From positions 33,214-97,213 of the IMG/VR virus record IMGVR_UViG_3300032069_000001: DNA of 64,000 nucleotides, one strand, 5' to 3'. Shown here one piece after another: positions 49,353 through 59,980 of the stretch. Made by a program: the position numbers and the translations under genes. Under the pieces are notes generated by a model. It worked only from the letters and a program-made list of their open reading frames with translations. It made no database searches and had not been told where the DNA came from. Position 1 is the first letter of the stretch. Each line of letters opens with the position of its first letter. This DNA comes from an uncultured virus (IMG/VR IMGVR_UViG_3300032069_000001) (taxonomy: Duplodnaviria > Heunggongvirae > Uroviricota > Caudoviricetes).

Positions 49353-50816
49353 TTAATTAACTATTATTGTTCCAGCTCTTAAAACTTCATCGGAAGATGT
49401 AATGTAATTTTCCGTCGGAGAATTTATTATTACTTCCCAAATATTTGTATCTAAATTTTCAATATATTGAACCAGTTCTGACAAAATCAAATCTCTATCT
49501 AATGTAAATTCCGTTAGCCAGTCAGATATGCTTTGCTTGACCGTATCTTTAATTACTGTAATATTTGCATCTGGAGCAATAGTTAAAGTTATAGTAATGT
49601 TTAAATTCGTAACAACAGGTGGCTTAACTACAACTTTAATACCGCTTGCTCTGTAATTTTCAATAGCTTGCGTTATTTCGCTAATTAAAGCAGGCGAAGC
49701 TGTCATTGTGCTGTCATAAGCAATAATGTAAATAATCCCCTGGAATGGGGGTAATGTAATCATAAATATTTTTGGAACCTGCGATATTCCTGCCGAAGTC
49801 ACCCGTAACCTTATCCAGAACTTTTTTACTCCGTTAATTATTGTCATCTTCCAGTCAGTTGGCATAGTAAATGATACAATCCCGTCATTTGCAAGAAAGT
49901 TTGTATCATCTGTTGTTGCTAAAGATTGCCAAGCGGAACCATCAAAATACTCCCAAACTAATGCACTACCAACACGCACTACGGACATATCAAATCTTAT
50001 AGCGTCAAAATGACTATCTGCACCGATATACATACTGTCATCAATATTTGCAGGAACAGACAAAGCATAAAACGGAATACCTGTTGGCATATTTGCTTCA
50101 AAACTGTTATCAGTATAAATATCTGTGCTGTCATCATAAGCAAAGCACGAGCAATTCGGAGTTTCAACAGCTATCGCATCAATAACATCTGGGACTGTTT
50201 TTGCTCCATATTCAAGAGCTGGTAGCGTTGCTCTTGAAAGATTGTCAATATAATTCTGAAATCTTGTTTTTCTTGCATCTTCCGTCTCCTCATCTCTACC
50301 AGTAGAAAACTTATTAGAATTAGTTACATTTTCTATTCCAGCGGGAGCTGATGTCATAATTATTATTTTATTTGCTTCAACATTGCCTACTGCTCCTTCT
50401 ACTTCGCATATTACTTCCACATCAACAAAAGTATCTCCAGTCAGTAATGTTGCATCTTCAAGAGTATGGTAGCTAACCGATGATTGTAAATCTGTAGCTT
50501 CTGTTATCACAGTAGTTCCAGCAGGAATTGGATAATCAACGCCAGCAGGAGTTGAACGGGAAAATCTTACTATACCTGTAGCTTGTTTTGCTGGCAACAG
50601 CGGAAAGTTAAAGGAATTAAAAATAGCGTCCTTTATTCCATCATTGATACCTATATAGAGCTGATAATAAACTTGCTCTATTTCTATTGCAACAGCTTCA
50701 AATATCGTTCTTATTTTTGAACCGACATTAAAGTCTGTTACTTTCTGACTAACGCCAGAGAAATAATTTATAATAGATGCGGTAATAGTTTGGAAATGTT
50801 TGACCCCAAAGCTCAT
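49353..50816 (-). CDS. baseplate J-like wedge protein
   Basis: TDFNVGSKIRTIFEA, ATG.V.F, G..GNV, GRDEETED, YRASGI. Confidence 0.92.
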   Translation of the reverse strand: MSFGVKHFQTITASIINYFSGVSQKVTDFNVGSKIRTIFEAVAIEIEQVYYQLYIGINDGIKDAIFNSFNFPLLPAKQATGIVRFSRSTPAGVDYPIPAGTTVITEATDLQSSVSYHTLEDATLLTGDTFVDVEVICEVEGAVGNVEANKIIIMTSAPAGIENVTNSNKFSTGRDEETEDARKTRFQNYIDNLSRATLPALEYGAKTVPDVIDAIAVETPNCSCFAYDDSTDIYTDNSFEANMPTGIPFYALSVPANIDDSMYIGADSHFDAIRFDMSVVRVGSALVWEYFDGSAWQSLATTDDTNFLANDGIVSFTMPTDWKMTIINGVKKFWIRLRVTSAGISQVPKIFMITLPPFQGIIYIIAYDSTMTASPALISEITQAIENYRASGIKVVVKPPVVTNLNITITLTIAPDANITVIKDTVKQSISDWLTEFTLDRDLILSELVQYIENLDTNIWEVIINSPTENYITSSDEVLRAGTIIVN

Positions 50817-51439
50817 AATGTCCTCCTGTATTTTTTACCATATTTTTTGTGCCACTTGCCGTGACAATCGGAACAATGAGTTATGCCGTTTTTAATATTC
50901 CAAAATGGTTCATAAATCATAGCACCATCATACAGCGACAATAATGGCAGGTTAAATAAAACTTCATCAAGTAATTGAGAAAAAGATTTTTCTGAATGAT
51001 GAGCCGTCAAATATCCTCCTTTTTTACCGCATATTTGACAAGTAAATTCATCTCTTATAAATATTTTTTGTCTCCATTCCGAATACTTCGCAGAACTTCT
51101 TATTCTGTTGGTATCAGGAGTTCTTCCATCTTTCCAGGTTGAAGAACCATTGCCTTTCCGTGCTATACTTTTTTTAATTTTTACTATTACGCTATCCTTT
51201 TTACCCATCTCTTTTTCGCTTATTTTCCTTTTTATATTATCAGACCAATGCTTGCCATAATTCCAATGTTTATTGCCTTTACGTAAATTGCTTAATATCT
51301 TTTTTGTGGTTTCAGACGCACGTTTACCGTAATTATGATTTCTTTTACCCTTTTGACAACAAGATTTACATAAACCAGTTTTACTTCTATCTGGTCTTAT
51401 TATTTTTCGTCCACAGTCTATACAATATTTTTCTTTCAT
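50813..51439 (-). CDS. NUMOD3/HNH homing endonuclease
   Basis: NYGK..SE repeats; RDEFTCQICG..AHH..NGITHC..CH. Confidence 0.88.
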   Translation of the reverse strand: MKEKYCIDCGRKIIRPDRSKTGLCKSCCQKGKRNHNYGKRASETTKKILSNLRKGNKHWNYGKHWSDNIKRKISEKEMGKKDSVIVKIKKSIARKGNGSSTWKDGRTPDTNRIRSSAKYSEWRQKIFIRDEFTCQICGKKGGYLTAHHSEKSFSQLLDEVLFNLPLLSLYDGAMIYEPFWNIKNGITHCSDCHGKWHKKYGKKYRRTL

Positions 51440-51446
51440 AGCACCC

Positions 51447-53441
51447 TTATAAATTCATAATTATACTTCTTGAAACCTCATCAATTAAAGTTGAGTTTAT
51501 TTCAACATTTATAACATCATTTGATTTTTTAACATTAACCGCATCTATTGATTTTATTCTTTTGTCCAAAGATATGCTTCTTGCTATCTCAAGTTCTGCT
51601 ACAGTTACAGCGTTTTTGTCGCCAGGTCTTCCTATAATCCTATCAATAGGAATTCCATATTCAAGATGTTTTATAAGTTCACCTTGTTCTGCTCCAAGCC
51701 TGTCTTTCATTGCAGTTTCAACATTGATTAGTCCAGAAACAACAACAAAGTCTCCTGTTGTGTCAGCTTCAAAATCTCCAGAGTTATCTAAAGCTAAATC
51801 TATTCCAAATAAACTGATTTCTAACGCTTGTGTCTGTGAAACAAAAGTTTGGCTTGTTGTTTCAATAACCACAACGGGTATTTTGACCTTATCTCCTGGC
51901 TTTAATATTCTCCATATCTTGCCACCAGAAACAGCAAGTTTATTTGTAACTGCTTGCAGTCCAGATATAGCATTTACTATTTCAGTTATGGCATATTGTT
52001 CTACGTTGCCTATTTCTCCAGCTTTTGTGCATTGTGCATTAACAACAGCTTTACCATTTACAATCGTTACATCATTCATTGTGACAAACTGAACACTCTC
52101 CCTTATGTCAGTAGTCGGTGTCTCAAATAATGTCCCCTCTGATATTACCGTGCCATTTACGCCATATAAAGTCAAAGAAGCAATAGCATTTATATTCTTA
52201 ACAAAATTTGTATCCTGGGTAATGTAGGGATATTCAAGATTATTTATTGATACAATTTCCTGCCATATATTTACAACATCAGGGCTAACGCCTTCACGGT
52301 TCATAATCCCTTCTAACGTATCCCCTTCTGTTACTGTAACATCTTTTAATCTGTATTGTGTTGCTGGAGCTCTGCTTGATACTCCTGTAGCTCTATTAAC
52401 AGGAAGCGGTGTCACAGGTATAGTCATAGTTGAAGAACAATTTAAGTGTTTCCAGGGTGTTCCGTCAACAAGAGCTTCCCAAGCTTTTTGATAAATTGAA
52501 ACATTTAATAATCCCGAAATAGCACAATTTGTTTCGTGTAAAATATTTATTATTTCGTTTCTTATATTTATTGGTAAAGCAAGTGTATTTGCTATGATAT
52601 TATCAAGATTTTGTATTCTATCTACTATTTGCTGAACAGACCCAAGAGTTGTCCCTGTAAAATCAGCTCCATTTTGAATTATATTGTAAACCGACATTAC
52701 TGCATCATCTAACTCTTGCAACAGGTTTTTTGTCGGCGTTGATACGGAAGCCACCGTTTTTATTGCATCTTGTAGTGCATCGCTATTAGTTTTAAGGGCA
52801 TCTCCAATCTTTGTAAATCTATTTGTCAAATCAAAATTATCACTCTGCGGGTCGGGTGGTTGTGTAGCATTACCAATATGACCAATTACTGTCATTGTTA
52901 TTTGATAATCATACAATAAAGGTCTCTGTGCATTACGCTTTAAAATGAAATCGTCAATAAGAACAACAACGTAATCTCTTGTATCCCACGCATAAAATCT
53001 TAACTGAAGTTGATTTTGTATTCTCTGTTCAAAATTGTATTTATTTTTATCATTAAGCAATACGGCATATTTTCTGAATATTGTGTTTCTCAATCTTATA
53101 AATTCTGCCAAACCTGTTGGTTTTGTGTTCGTAGCTCTTTTTGCAAACGGGAACCAACCAGTTGTTCCTGACATAGTAATTCTGGGAAGTCCAAGACCAT
53201 AAAAATCAACCCACGCACCACCCAGGGTTTGTGTTGTTCCCTGCCTGGTTGGTTCGTGCATCTGATATTCCTGTGGGTTAATAGTGAAATCAAATAGTTC
53301 AATAGGATTAGCGTTCTCTTTTCTCGGTTTATTTGGTTCTAATATTTCAAACCTATAAGTCTTGAGATTTTCTGCCATCTCTATCTGGTCAGGTTCAAAA
53401 GCGTTTATTGGTGGCGTTATGTCAAAAAATTCTTCTGCCAT
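51447..53441 (-). CDS. multidomain baseplate protein: tube-initiator-like N-domain, LysM with a J-like insert, gp25-like C-domain
   Basis: FTINPQEY..GTTG; GDTL..W..I..IN.L..LKPGDKVKIP; GEL..H.EYG..D.RI. Confidence 0.8.
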   Translation of the reverse strand: MAEEFFDITPPINAFEPDQIEMAENLKTYRFEILEPNKPRKENANPIELFDFTINPQEYQMHEPTRQGTTQTLGGAWVDFYGLGLPRITMSGTTGWFPFAKRATNTKPTGLAEFIRLRNTIFRKYAVLLNDKNKYNFEQRIQNQLQLRFYAWDTRDYVVVLIDDFILKRNAQRPLLYDYQITMTVIGHIGNATQPPDPQSDNFDLTNRFTKIGDALKTNSDALQDAIKTVASVSTPTKNLLQELDDAVMSVYNIIQNGADFTGTTLGSVQQIVDRIQNLDNIIANTLALPINIRNEIINILHETNCAISGLLNVSIYQKAWEALVDGTPWKHLNCSSTMTIPVTPLPVNRATGVSSRAPATQYRLKDVTVTEGDTLEGIMNREGVSPDVVNIWQEIVSINNLEYPYITQDTNFVKNINAIASLTLYGVNGTVISEGTLFETPTTDIRESVQFVTMNDVTIVNGKAVVNAQCTKAGEIGNVEQYAITEIVNAISGLQAVTNKLAVSGGKIWRILKPGDKVKIPVVVIETTSQTFVSQTQALEISLFGIDLALDNSGDFEADTTGDFVVVSGLINVETAMKDRLGAEQGELIKHLEYGIPIDRIIGRPGDKNAVTVAELEIARSISLDKRIKSIDAVNVKKSNDVINVEINSTLIDEVSRSIIMNL

Positions 53442-53442
53442 A

Positions 53443-54285
53443 TCAATCTCCTGCCTTCACAGAACCACTTGCTCCGTTTATTTTACCAGTAGCAATATAC
53501 TGATTTGTATTTGCACCAGTAGGGGTTATTATTGCACCTATTGGTATTGTAACTTCAACCGCATCATCTTTCCTTGCCACGCCTTTAGAACCGTTGTTTA
53601 AATTAACTTCATCTGCGGTCACATTTGCATTTGTAGCATTAACATTCACATCACCTTCAATGTTCACGGTCACATCTTTTGCGTTGGTAATCGTTACGTT
53701 TCCTTCTGCATCAGCAGTCAATTCAACTGCTGGGGTTCCATCATCTTTAAACAGTTTAATATCAAGATTGCCAGCTTCGTCCAAATCAAACCATAAATTC
53801 GGTTTTGCTGGGTCTGTTTCCAGCGACGCTTTTCTTAAGAAATTTAAGAAAAACTTTCCTAATTTATTAAGAAAAACGGTTGTTCCAGTTTCGTGCTTCC
53901 AGTAAAATCTGTTTTTTAATTTATCTTTGATTTCCTGTAGCGTGCCTGTTTCTTTATTGTCATCACACGTAATCATATTTTGAGGATTTTCACTTTCTAC
54001 AAAACCGTGAATTACCCAGGTTTTTTCGTCCCCTTCAATAAAACTAATCAAACATAAATCTCCAACATTCGGCATATCATAAGACCCAGCTTTTTGACGA
54101 GAACATTTTGGTTTCATAAGCATAGCCCAATTACTGCCTCTGCCAGTTTGAACCTGAACCATCTGGGTTATATTATTAACATCTGTAACCAAGCCAAATG
54201 TCATACTTGAAGCAACATTCATATTTATCAGCCTTTTAGCTTCGCTACTTACCGCTATCCCACCTAAAGCATTTTGAAATCTCAT
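53443..54285 (-). CDS. baseplate spike / gpV-like protein
   Basis: OB-fold P.VGD.C.I.F; beta-helix repeats; VARKDD..SGSVKAG. Confidence 0.85.
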   Translation of the reverse strand: MRFQNALGGIAVSSEAKRLINMNVASSMTFGLVTDVNNITQMVQVQTGRGSNWAMLMKPKCSRQKAGSYDMPNVGDLCLISFIEGDEKTWVIHGFVESENPQNMITCDDNKETGTLQEIKDKLKNRFYWKHETGTTVFLNKLGKFFLNFLRKASLETDPAKPNLWFDLDEAGNLDIKLFKDDGTPAVELTADAEGNVTITNAKDVTVNIEGDVNVNATNANVTADEVNLNNGSKGVARKDDAVEVTIPIGAIITPTGANTNQYIATGKINGASGSVKAGD

Positions 54286-56129
54286 TATTTTGGCTCCGAA
54301 TATAGGTTTTCACCTTTTTGTATTGTCTGGTCAAGTTTAATATTTTCCAAATCTTGCAATACGTTTCCAAACTTAAATTGCCCTGGAGTATGTCCTCTTG
54401 TAACAAGGGCTGTTGTCTCCATTGGAAAGTATTGAGTATAAGTATTTGTAACGGCTTCTACATAATATTCCATATCTTCATCTTTATTATAAAGCATATC
54501 TCCCACGTGCAAATCAGGAGTGCCTTTTATTGTTAAACTTCCACTTACAAGATGTGCGTTCCATTTGTGCCAATTTACCAACGCAAGCAATAATCTATTA
54601 GCTACTCTTTTTACATCTGTATTCTGTTGCTTTAATGACCATCTCCAAACTCTTGTTTGAACCTCAAGTGGATTAAATCCATATTTTTCAACAGCACTCG
54701 GAACTTGTCTAATCCTGGGAACTCCTTGTCTAATAACGGGGTCTGGTTGTATTAGCTCATTTTTATTTTTATCGGCAGTATGCGATAACTCTGTTTTAAC
54801 ATCATTATCTCTTGATAATAATACAGGATTTATTCCAAGACCCTTTAGCGGTATTTCATTAGGAATAGCCAGCAAAGGATAGACCCAATAAAAATTAAAT
54901 ACTTCGTGGTCTTGCTTTCCCAAATCCTGTTCCTTTATATCATCATTCTTTATTTCGTATCTCCTGTAAGTCCTTAATAAATCCCATCTTCGGTCATCAA
55001 AAGGCGTCTGTCTGCAAAATACCATAATGCACGAATTGTCTATTCTTGGAGCTTCGTGAATTCTGACTGGAAATTGTTTCAGGTCTTGATTAAGATTTGT
55101 AACACCAAATTCATTCATTCTTTCTTTTAATAATTTTTCTTTTACGGGTGCTTGACCTGCTGGAGCTGTCTTCCAACCATTAAGAAGTTTTTCCCATTCT
55201 TGCTGACGTGAACGGCTTGCTTTATCCATCAATATTCCAGTTGTTTCAGCGTCTCCAGTATTTATAGGAGATGAATAATCTTCTCTGCAAATACCTTTTG
55301 TTTTTAGTTTTCCATTTTCATATACATCTCCAGGGATTACTCTATTGGGAGCTGTAATAGTATCAATCCATAACTCATTCCAGGGTGGATTTGAATAATT
55401 TTTAAGAATATCCCAAAGATGCCCCTCCTGACTTTGTAAAGGAATATTAAATGGAATATGTCCCATATCCTTGCTAAATCTGTAAGAAATAATTTTATTG
55501 AGCTGTAGGGTTAATCCGTTTACATTGAATTCCATATTAACTGCGTTCATCAATAATCTTAATAAATTGTTTCTCATCAAATAAGCTATATCTCCACCAG
55601 TAATCAAACCGCTACACAACCACGTAAGAAGTTTTTTTACTGCTGAAGATACTCTTTCTGTTCCCTCATTGCCTATTAGCCAGGGAATATATCTAATCTG
55701 ATGTTTAATAAATAGTTTTCCAAAGTCCCTTCCCCTTATTTCGCAATATACTTGAGGTTTACCGTTTTGGTCTATCGTTCTTTTCCTTTTTACGCTATCA
55801 ATCAATCCCACCATAGTTGCGTGAGTAAGTCCTTCGTGACGAGTATAATTGTTCACATTCGGATTGTAAGATATGTGATTTGACATTATTATAGAAACAA
55901 CGTCCATTGGTTCAACCATTTTATCGTATCTCTGATGGTCAACAAGATGAATGATAAACATACCAGCTGGTTGCGATAAATCTTTAAAAGTCTGGCAAGT
56001 AATAATATCATCTTCTACTCCAGATATTGTTTTTGTTCCAACAGTTAAAGCACCTTTTGCAGTATGAAAAGTTATTTTAACCTGTGGTCTAAAAACATCA
56101 ACAGTATTTATTCTGCGTATTTCAACCAT
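54285..56129 (-). CDS. baseplate hub protein
   Basis: MVGLID..GRDFGK, PWNELW, GSLTIKG...VGD; follows the tape measure gene. Confidence 0.8.
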   Translation of the reverse strand: MVEIRRINTVDVFRPQVKITFHTAKGALTVGTKTISGVEDDIITCQTFKDLSQPAGMFIIHLVDHQRYDKMVEPMDVVSIIMSNHISYNPNVNNYTRHEGLTHATMVGLIDSVKRKRTIDQNGKPQVYCEIRGRDFGKLFIKHQIRYIPWLIGNEGTERVSSAVKKLLTWLCSGLITGGDIAYLMRNNLLRLLMNAVNMEFNVNGLTLQLNKIISYRFSKDMGHIPFNIPLQSQEGHLWDILKNYSNPPWNELWIDTITAPNRVIPGDVYENGKLKTKGICREDYSSPINTGDAETTGILMDKASRSRQQEWEKLLNGWKTAPAGQAPVKEKLLKERMNEFGVTNLNQDLKQFPVRIHEAPRIDNSCIMVFCRQTPFDDRRWDLLRTYRRYEIKNDDIKEQDLGKQDHEVFNFYWVYPLLAIPNEIPLKGLGINPVLLSRDNDVKTELSHTADKNKNELIQPDPVIRQGVPRIRQVPSAVEKYGFNPLEVQTRVWRWSLKQQNTDVKRVANRLLLALVNWHKWNAHLVSGSLTIKGTPDLHVGDMLYNKDEDMEYYVEAVTNTYTQYFPMETTALVTRGHTPGQFKFGNVLQDLENIKLDQTIQKGENLYSEPK

Positions 56130-58690
56130 TATACACTTCCTTGTAATCCGTAGAAAGCACCTCTTGCTTGAATAGAGGAACTCATACCGCTTAATTCAAT
56201 GCTCTCTTTGTTTTCTGCTTTTCTTCTTTCTTCTTTCAGTCCGTCTTTAAGCCCTTGTGCTACTGCTTGCCCACCATCATAGCTTGCCTGTGCTCCGTTC
56301 ACATAAACATTTATTGTTCCTATATTTACACCGCCAGCAGAAGCTAAACCCCCATAGCCTTCATCTTCTCCACCTGCAAGCCTTCCAAATCTCTTTCTTT
56401 TTTCCATTGAGGAAAAACCTGCTTCAAGTGTTGATATAGGTTGCTCTCTTAAATATCTTTTAGTAGTTTCACCACCAAATTCTTCTAATGCTTGAGCTGA
56501 CCTGGTAAATGGACTTACACCCCATTCTTCCCCGCCAAAAAACATATTAACAGCTTCCCACCAACCAGGTTCCCGAAGTCCACCAAAAGCCTCGCTTCCC
56601 CACTTCTCTTTTCTGTATTTAGCACCCATTGTCTTTTGGTAATCTACTATTTGTTTTTTATAAGCAACAGTTTCTCCTCTTGCAATTCTGGCTCCTCTAC
56701 TTCTTTCTTCAAATGCAGAACCAATTATACCAACGCCAGTTCCTATAAGACCACCAATAACAGTTCCAATCCCAGGAGCAATCAATGTTCCAATGCCAGC
56801 ACCAACAAGCGGAGCCATTGCAGATAGAGTTGTGGCAGTTCTTTCTCCACCCGTTCTTTCTGGGTCGGTATAAGCTTTAGCTACATCTAAACCACCAGCC
56901 ACAATTTGACCGACTGTGTTATATCTGACAGCTTGTCTAATGCCAACATTAGCACCAGTCCTCATCATAGTTCTCATTAAATTTGCTCCAACAGCCATTC
57001 TGCCAGTTATGCCAACTTTCATACCTATTTGTCCAGCACCAAACATACCTTGAGCAAGACCCATTCCAGTCCCCATTGCCATTGCTTGAGTTCTTGTTTC
57101 GCTTAATGAGTTGACACCCCAAAGACCAGCACCCAAAATTTTTGCACCAAGCCCAACAAGGGGATAAAGCTTATTTGTCATTCCGCTTAATTGCTGTTGT
57201 AAAAATGTTATATCTTGTGTCATTCCATATCGCTGTCTTGTCATTCCTGCAACACCACCCATTTGTTGCATTTGTCGTATTGCTTCTTTATCGCTTACAT
57301 CGCCAGCAAGTAATCGTTTCATTAAGCCTGTATCATACATTCTTTCTATCATAGGTTGGGGCATACCCAAAATAGATGAAGCCATTACACGTGCTATTTC
57401 TTCTCCCTGATTTTCTGTTATAAACTTAAGAGTTTCTTTTGCTAACCTAAAACCATCATTAGTTGCCAATCCTTCTGATTTTAATATTTGAGCTAATCTG
57501 TATCGTCCAACACCAGTTTCTATATCAATCCCACGTCTTTTTGCAACATCTCCAAAACCCCTTCCAACTATTTCTGTCTGAATAGCAACCATTGCTTCAC
57601 TTTGGTCGCCCATCATCTTTTCAAATCCCTGGACTACTTGTGTTGCTCCAAGCCCTCTTAAAGCGGGTATTCCAGCTCTGTTTACTTCAGCCAGAATAGC
57701 AGTTATTGTATCTGGTTTTACTTCTGGTATTTTTGTGAAATAACTTTGCATTAACGTAGTAACGGATTGCATAAATTCATCTGAACGGCGGGTCATTCCG
57801 CCTTTTTCCATAGCACCAGCAAAAAGATTTGCCATTTCTTGTTGTGTTGCTCTGTCAAATTTTGTTCCACCCATACGAGCCATCATAGCAAATTGCTGTC
57901 CCATACGTTCAACAGGAATACCATATCCCCTGGCAAGACCCATTATTGCTCGTTCATTGGGTAACACATCAGATAATCTTGAAAACGCATCAACCAGTTG
58001 TAATCCTTGTTTACCCGTATAACCAAATTGAGCAGAAACATCAACAGTATGCCTTCTTAATGCCTCTATTCTTTCGCCCATTATTTCAAAAGATACGTTC
58101 GTATCTTCCAGTCTTGGTGCTAAACTTTGCAATATTTTCTGTTGTGCTGTCCATTCTCCAATGGTTCTGCGAGCCATATAATACATTGCTGGAATAGCAA
58201 CAGTCATACCCAATCTTCCAGCAGTATCAAATACCGCCTGTCTTTGTGCTCTTTTTTCTTCTATTTCCTGTTGAACTTTCTCTGGATAGGTTCTTGCACG
58301 GGAAATCTTTTCTTCTAATTGCGTTTTTCTCTTGAGAAAACCTTCATACTTTCTTAACAAATCCAAATCTACAGCTCGTTCAAGAATTTGTTGTTTTTGT
58401 TTTGGAGCTACTCCTTCCAATTCTTTATTCAGTTGCCTTAAAAGTTTTGTCTGTTCTTTATATTTTTCATTATTCTTTTTAAGAAAGCCGTCTATAGCAC
58501 CAAGCTTAATACCGAGGTCTTTTTGTGTCCTTACATAATTCTCATACACTCTCGGTTCGCCAAAAAACTTTTGCCTTACTTGTTGGGAGATTTTATCAAT
58601 CTGCCCACGCATACGGTCAAAAACATTTCCCAGTTCTTTAACCTGTTGTTGACCCCTGACATAAGCCTGTATTTCTATTCTTGTCGCCAT
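56129..58690 (-). CDS. tape measure protein
   Basis: 853 aa, helical, Gly/Ala/Met-rich with glycine zipper; follows the chaperones. Confidence 0.85.
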   Translation of the reverse strand: MATRIEIQAYVRGQQQVKELGNVFDRMRGQIDKISQQVRQKFFGEPRVYENYVRTQKDLGIKLGAIDGFLKKNNEKYKEQTKLLRQLNKELEGVAPKQKQQILERAVDLDLLRKYEGFLKRKTQLEEKISRARTYPEKVQQEIEEKRAQRQAVFDTAGRLGMTVAIPAMYYMARRTIGEWTAQQKILQSLAPRLEDTNVSFEIMGERIEALRRHTVDVSAQFGYTGKQGLQLVDAFSRLSDVLPNERAIMGLARGYGIPVERMGQQFAMMARMGGTKFDRATQQEMANLFAGAMEKGGMTRRSDEFMQSVTTLMQSYFTKIPEVKPDTITAILAEVNRAGIPALRGLGATQVVQGFEKMMGDQSEAMVAIQTEIVGRGFGDVAKRRGIDIETGVGRYRLAQILKSEGLATNDGFRLAKETLKFITENQGEEIARVMASSILGMPQPMIERMYDTGLMKRLLAGDVSDKEAIRQMQQMGGVAGMTRQRYGMTQDITFLQQQLSGMTNKLYPLVGLGAKILGAGLWGVNSLSETRTQAMAMGTGMGLAQGMFGAGQIGMKVGITGRMAVGANLMRTMMRTGANVGIRQAVRYNTVGQIVAGGLDVAKAYTDPERTGGERTATTLSAMAPLVGAGIGTLIAPGIGTVIGGLIGTGVGIIGSAFEERSRGARIARGETVAYKKQIVDYQKTMGAKYRKEKWGSEAFGGLREPGWWEAVNMFFGGEEWGVSPFTRSAQALEEFGGETTKRYLREQPISTLEAGFSSMEKRKRFGRLAGGEDEGYGGLASAGGVNIGTINVYVNGAQASYDGGQAVAQGLKDGLKEERRKAENKESIELSGMSSSIQARGAFYGLQGSV

Positions 58691-59037
58691 TTTACCTCTT
58701 TGTTTTCACTAATATCCCTAATATTGACTTGCTTAATTTCAAGGTCTATCTTTTTATCCAGGTAGTAATCCTTGCCCTTTATTACCTTACTTATATCAAT
58801 CTCAAGGTTCTTTTCCATCAAGTCATAAGACGTTGTTTCAAAATGCTCTTTTGAAGCCAAGTCAATCGCAGGATTATCAATTAACCAATGCTCATAAAGC
58901 AAATCAACCTGTTCTTCCGTCAAGTTTAAGTAATCTTTACTTGTTGGCAGAACTTTGAACTCTCTCTGTATCCACCAGAGCTTTCTCTGCTTCGGCAGTT
59001 TTGCTATCGTCCTTATGTCTTGGATTACGGAACCTAC
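58675..59037 (-). CDS. tail assembly chaperone, frameshifted C-terminal part
   Basis: +1 frame open from the TCC-TTT-CGT site; LWWIQREFKVLPT..LTEEQ. Confidence 0.7.
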   Translation of the reverse strand, partial: VGSVIQDIRTIAKLPKQRKLWWIQREFKVLPTSKDYLNLTEEQVDLLYEHWLIDNPAIDLASKEHFETTSYDLMEKNLEIDISKVIKGKDYYLDKKIDLEIKQVNIRDISENKEVKWRQE

Positions 59038-59449
59038 GAAAGGAGTTACGCCACTCGGCGTATTCCTCCCATACGAACTCTATGAGTTCGTAATCATAAA
59101 GTTCGTGCGGTTTCCACCAGTCAGGAGATACATCTATCACGACATCAAAGGTAGCCAAAAATAAACACACGTTGTCTGTGACAATATCAACCATTGTTTC
59201 CTGTTTGTATCTGTTATATCTAATGCCGATTTCCCGTTCCTCGCCAATAGTTGGACGATGAAACGTTATGTCTCCTTTAAAGTCCTCAAACTCCAGATGA
59301 ATGGTTTTTGTAAACCTTCCACCTTTGTTGACGTTATCGCCAACAGTTTTAAGAACTTTTTGCTTCTCTGCTTCTTTTTCTTCCTCTGTCATTTCTGACA
59401 CAGGTTTTTTCACTTCCTTTATGTTCTTCACTTCGTTTATTCCACCCAT
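58937..59449 (-). CDS. tail assembly chaperone
   Basis: between tube and tape measure genes; RPT, PDWW, W..SFR. Confidence 0.8.
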   Translation of the reverse strand: MGGINEVKNIKEVKKPVSEMTEEEKEAEKQKVLKTVGDNVNKGGRFTKTIHLEFEDFKGDITFHRPTIGEEREIGIRYNRYKQETMVDIVTDNVCLFLATFDVVIDVSPDWWKPHELYDYELIEFVWEEYAEWRNSFRRFRNPRHKDDSKTAEAEKALVDTERVQSSANK

Positions 59450-59473
59450 ATCTCTACGCCTCCTTTTTTATTT

Positions 59474-59968
59474 TTAGGCGAAACCAACTGGTCTCCCCGT
59501 TTGATACTTTACTGGTATTCCTTCTTCTCCTATTTTACAATCACGAAACAACCATACAGCATTTTCGCCTGATACAGCATTTGCTCTAACAGTCTCGGTA
59601 TATTCGTGAATTATACACCCGATATACAACCTTACCGTTTTTTCATATTTTTTGCCTTCCGCTATCACAGCCATCACATCATTGACTTCAATATTGATTA
59701 ACCCAAGCTTCAATACATCTTTACCGACACCAGCTAACCCAAGTTCTGCCAATCCCTTGTTGCGGATAAAAAACTTTGCAACAGTAAGCTGTCCCAAAAA
59801 TCTTTGTTGAAGTATTTCAGAGGGCGTAAAACTTCCAACACCGTATAAAGGCTCGGCGTGAAACATTTTACGCCCCTCTAAACTTTGGCATAAACCGACC
59901 GCTTGTCCGTTAATTATTATTTGGGCAACGGTTCCAGTAAAAACTTTTTGTTCTTGTAAATTAGCGAT
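59474..59968 (-). CDS. second tail-tube paralog, probable ATC start
   Basis: frame extends 34 codons upstream of the track start and aligns with tube 1 from residue 1. Confidence 0.75.
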   Translation of the reverse strand: MANLQEQKVFTGTVAQIIINGQAVGLCQSLEGRKMFHAEPLYGVGSFTPSEILQQRFLGQLTVAKFFIRNKGLAELGLAGVGKDVLKLGLINIEVNDVMAVIAEGKKYEKTVRLYIGCIIHEYTETVRANAVSGENAVWLFRDCKIGEEGIPVKYQTGRPVGFA

Positions 59969-59980
59969 AATACACCCCCG

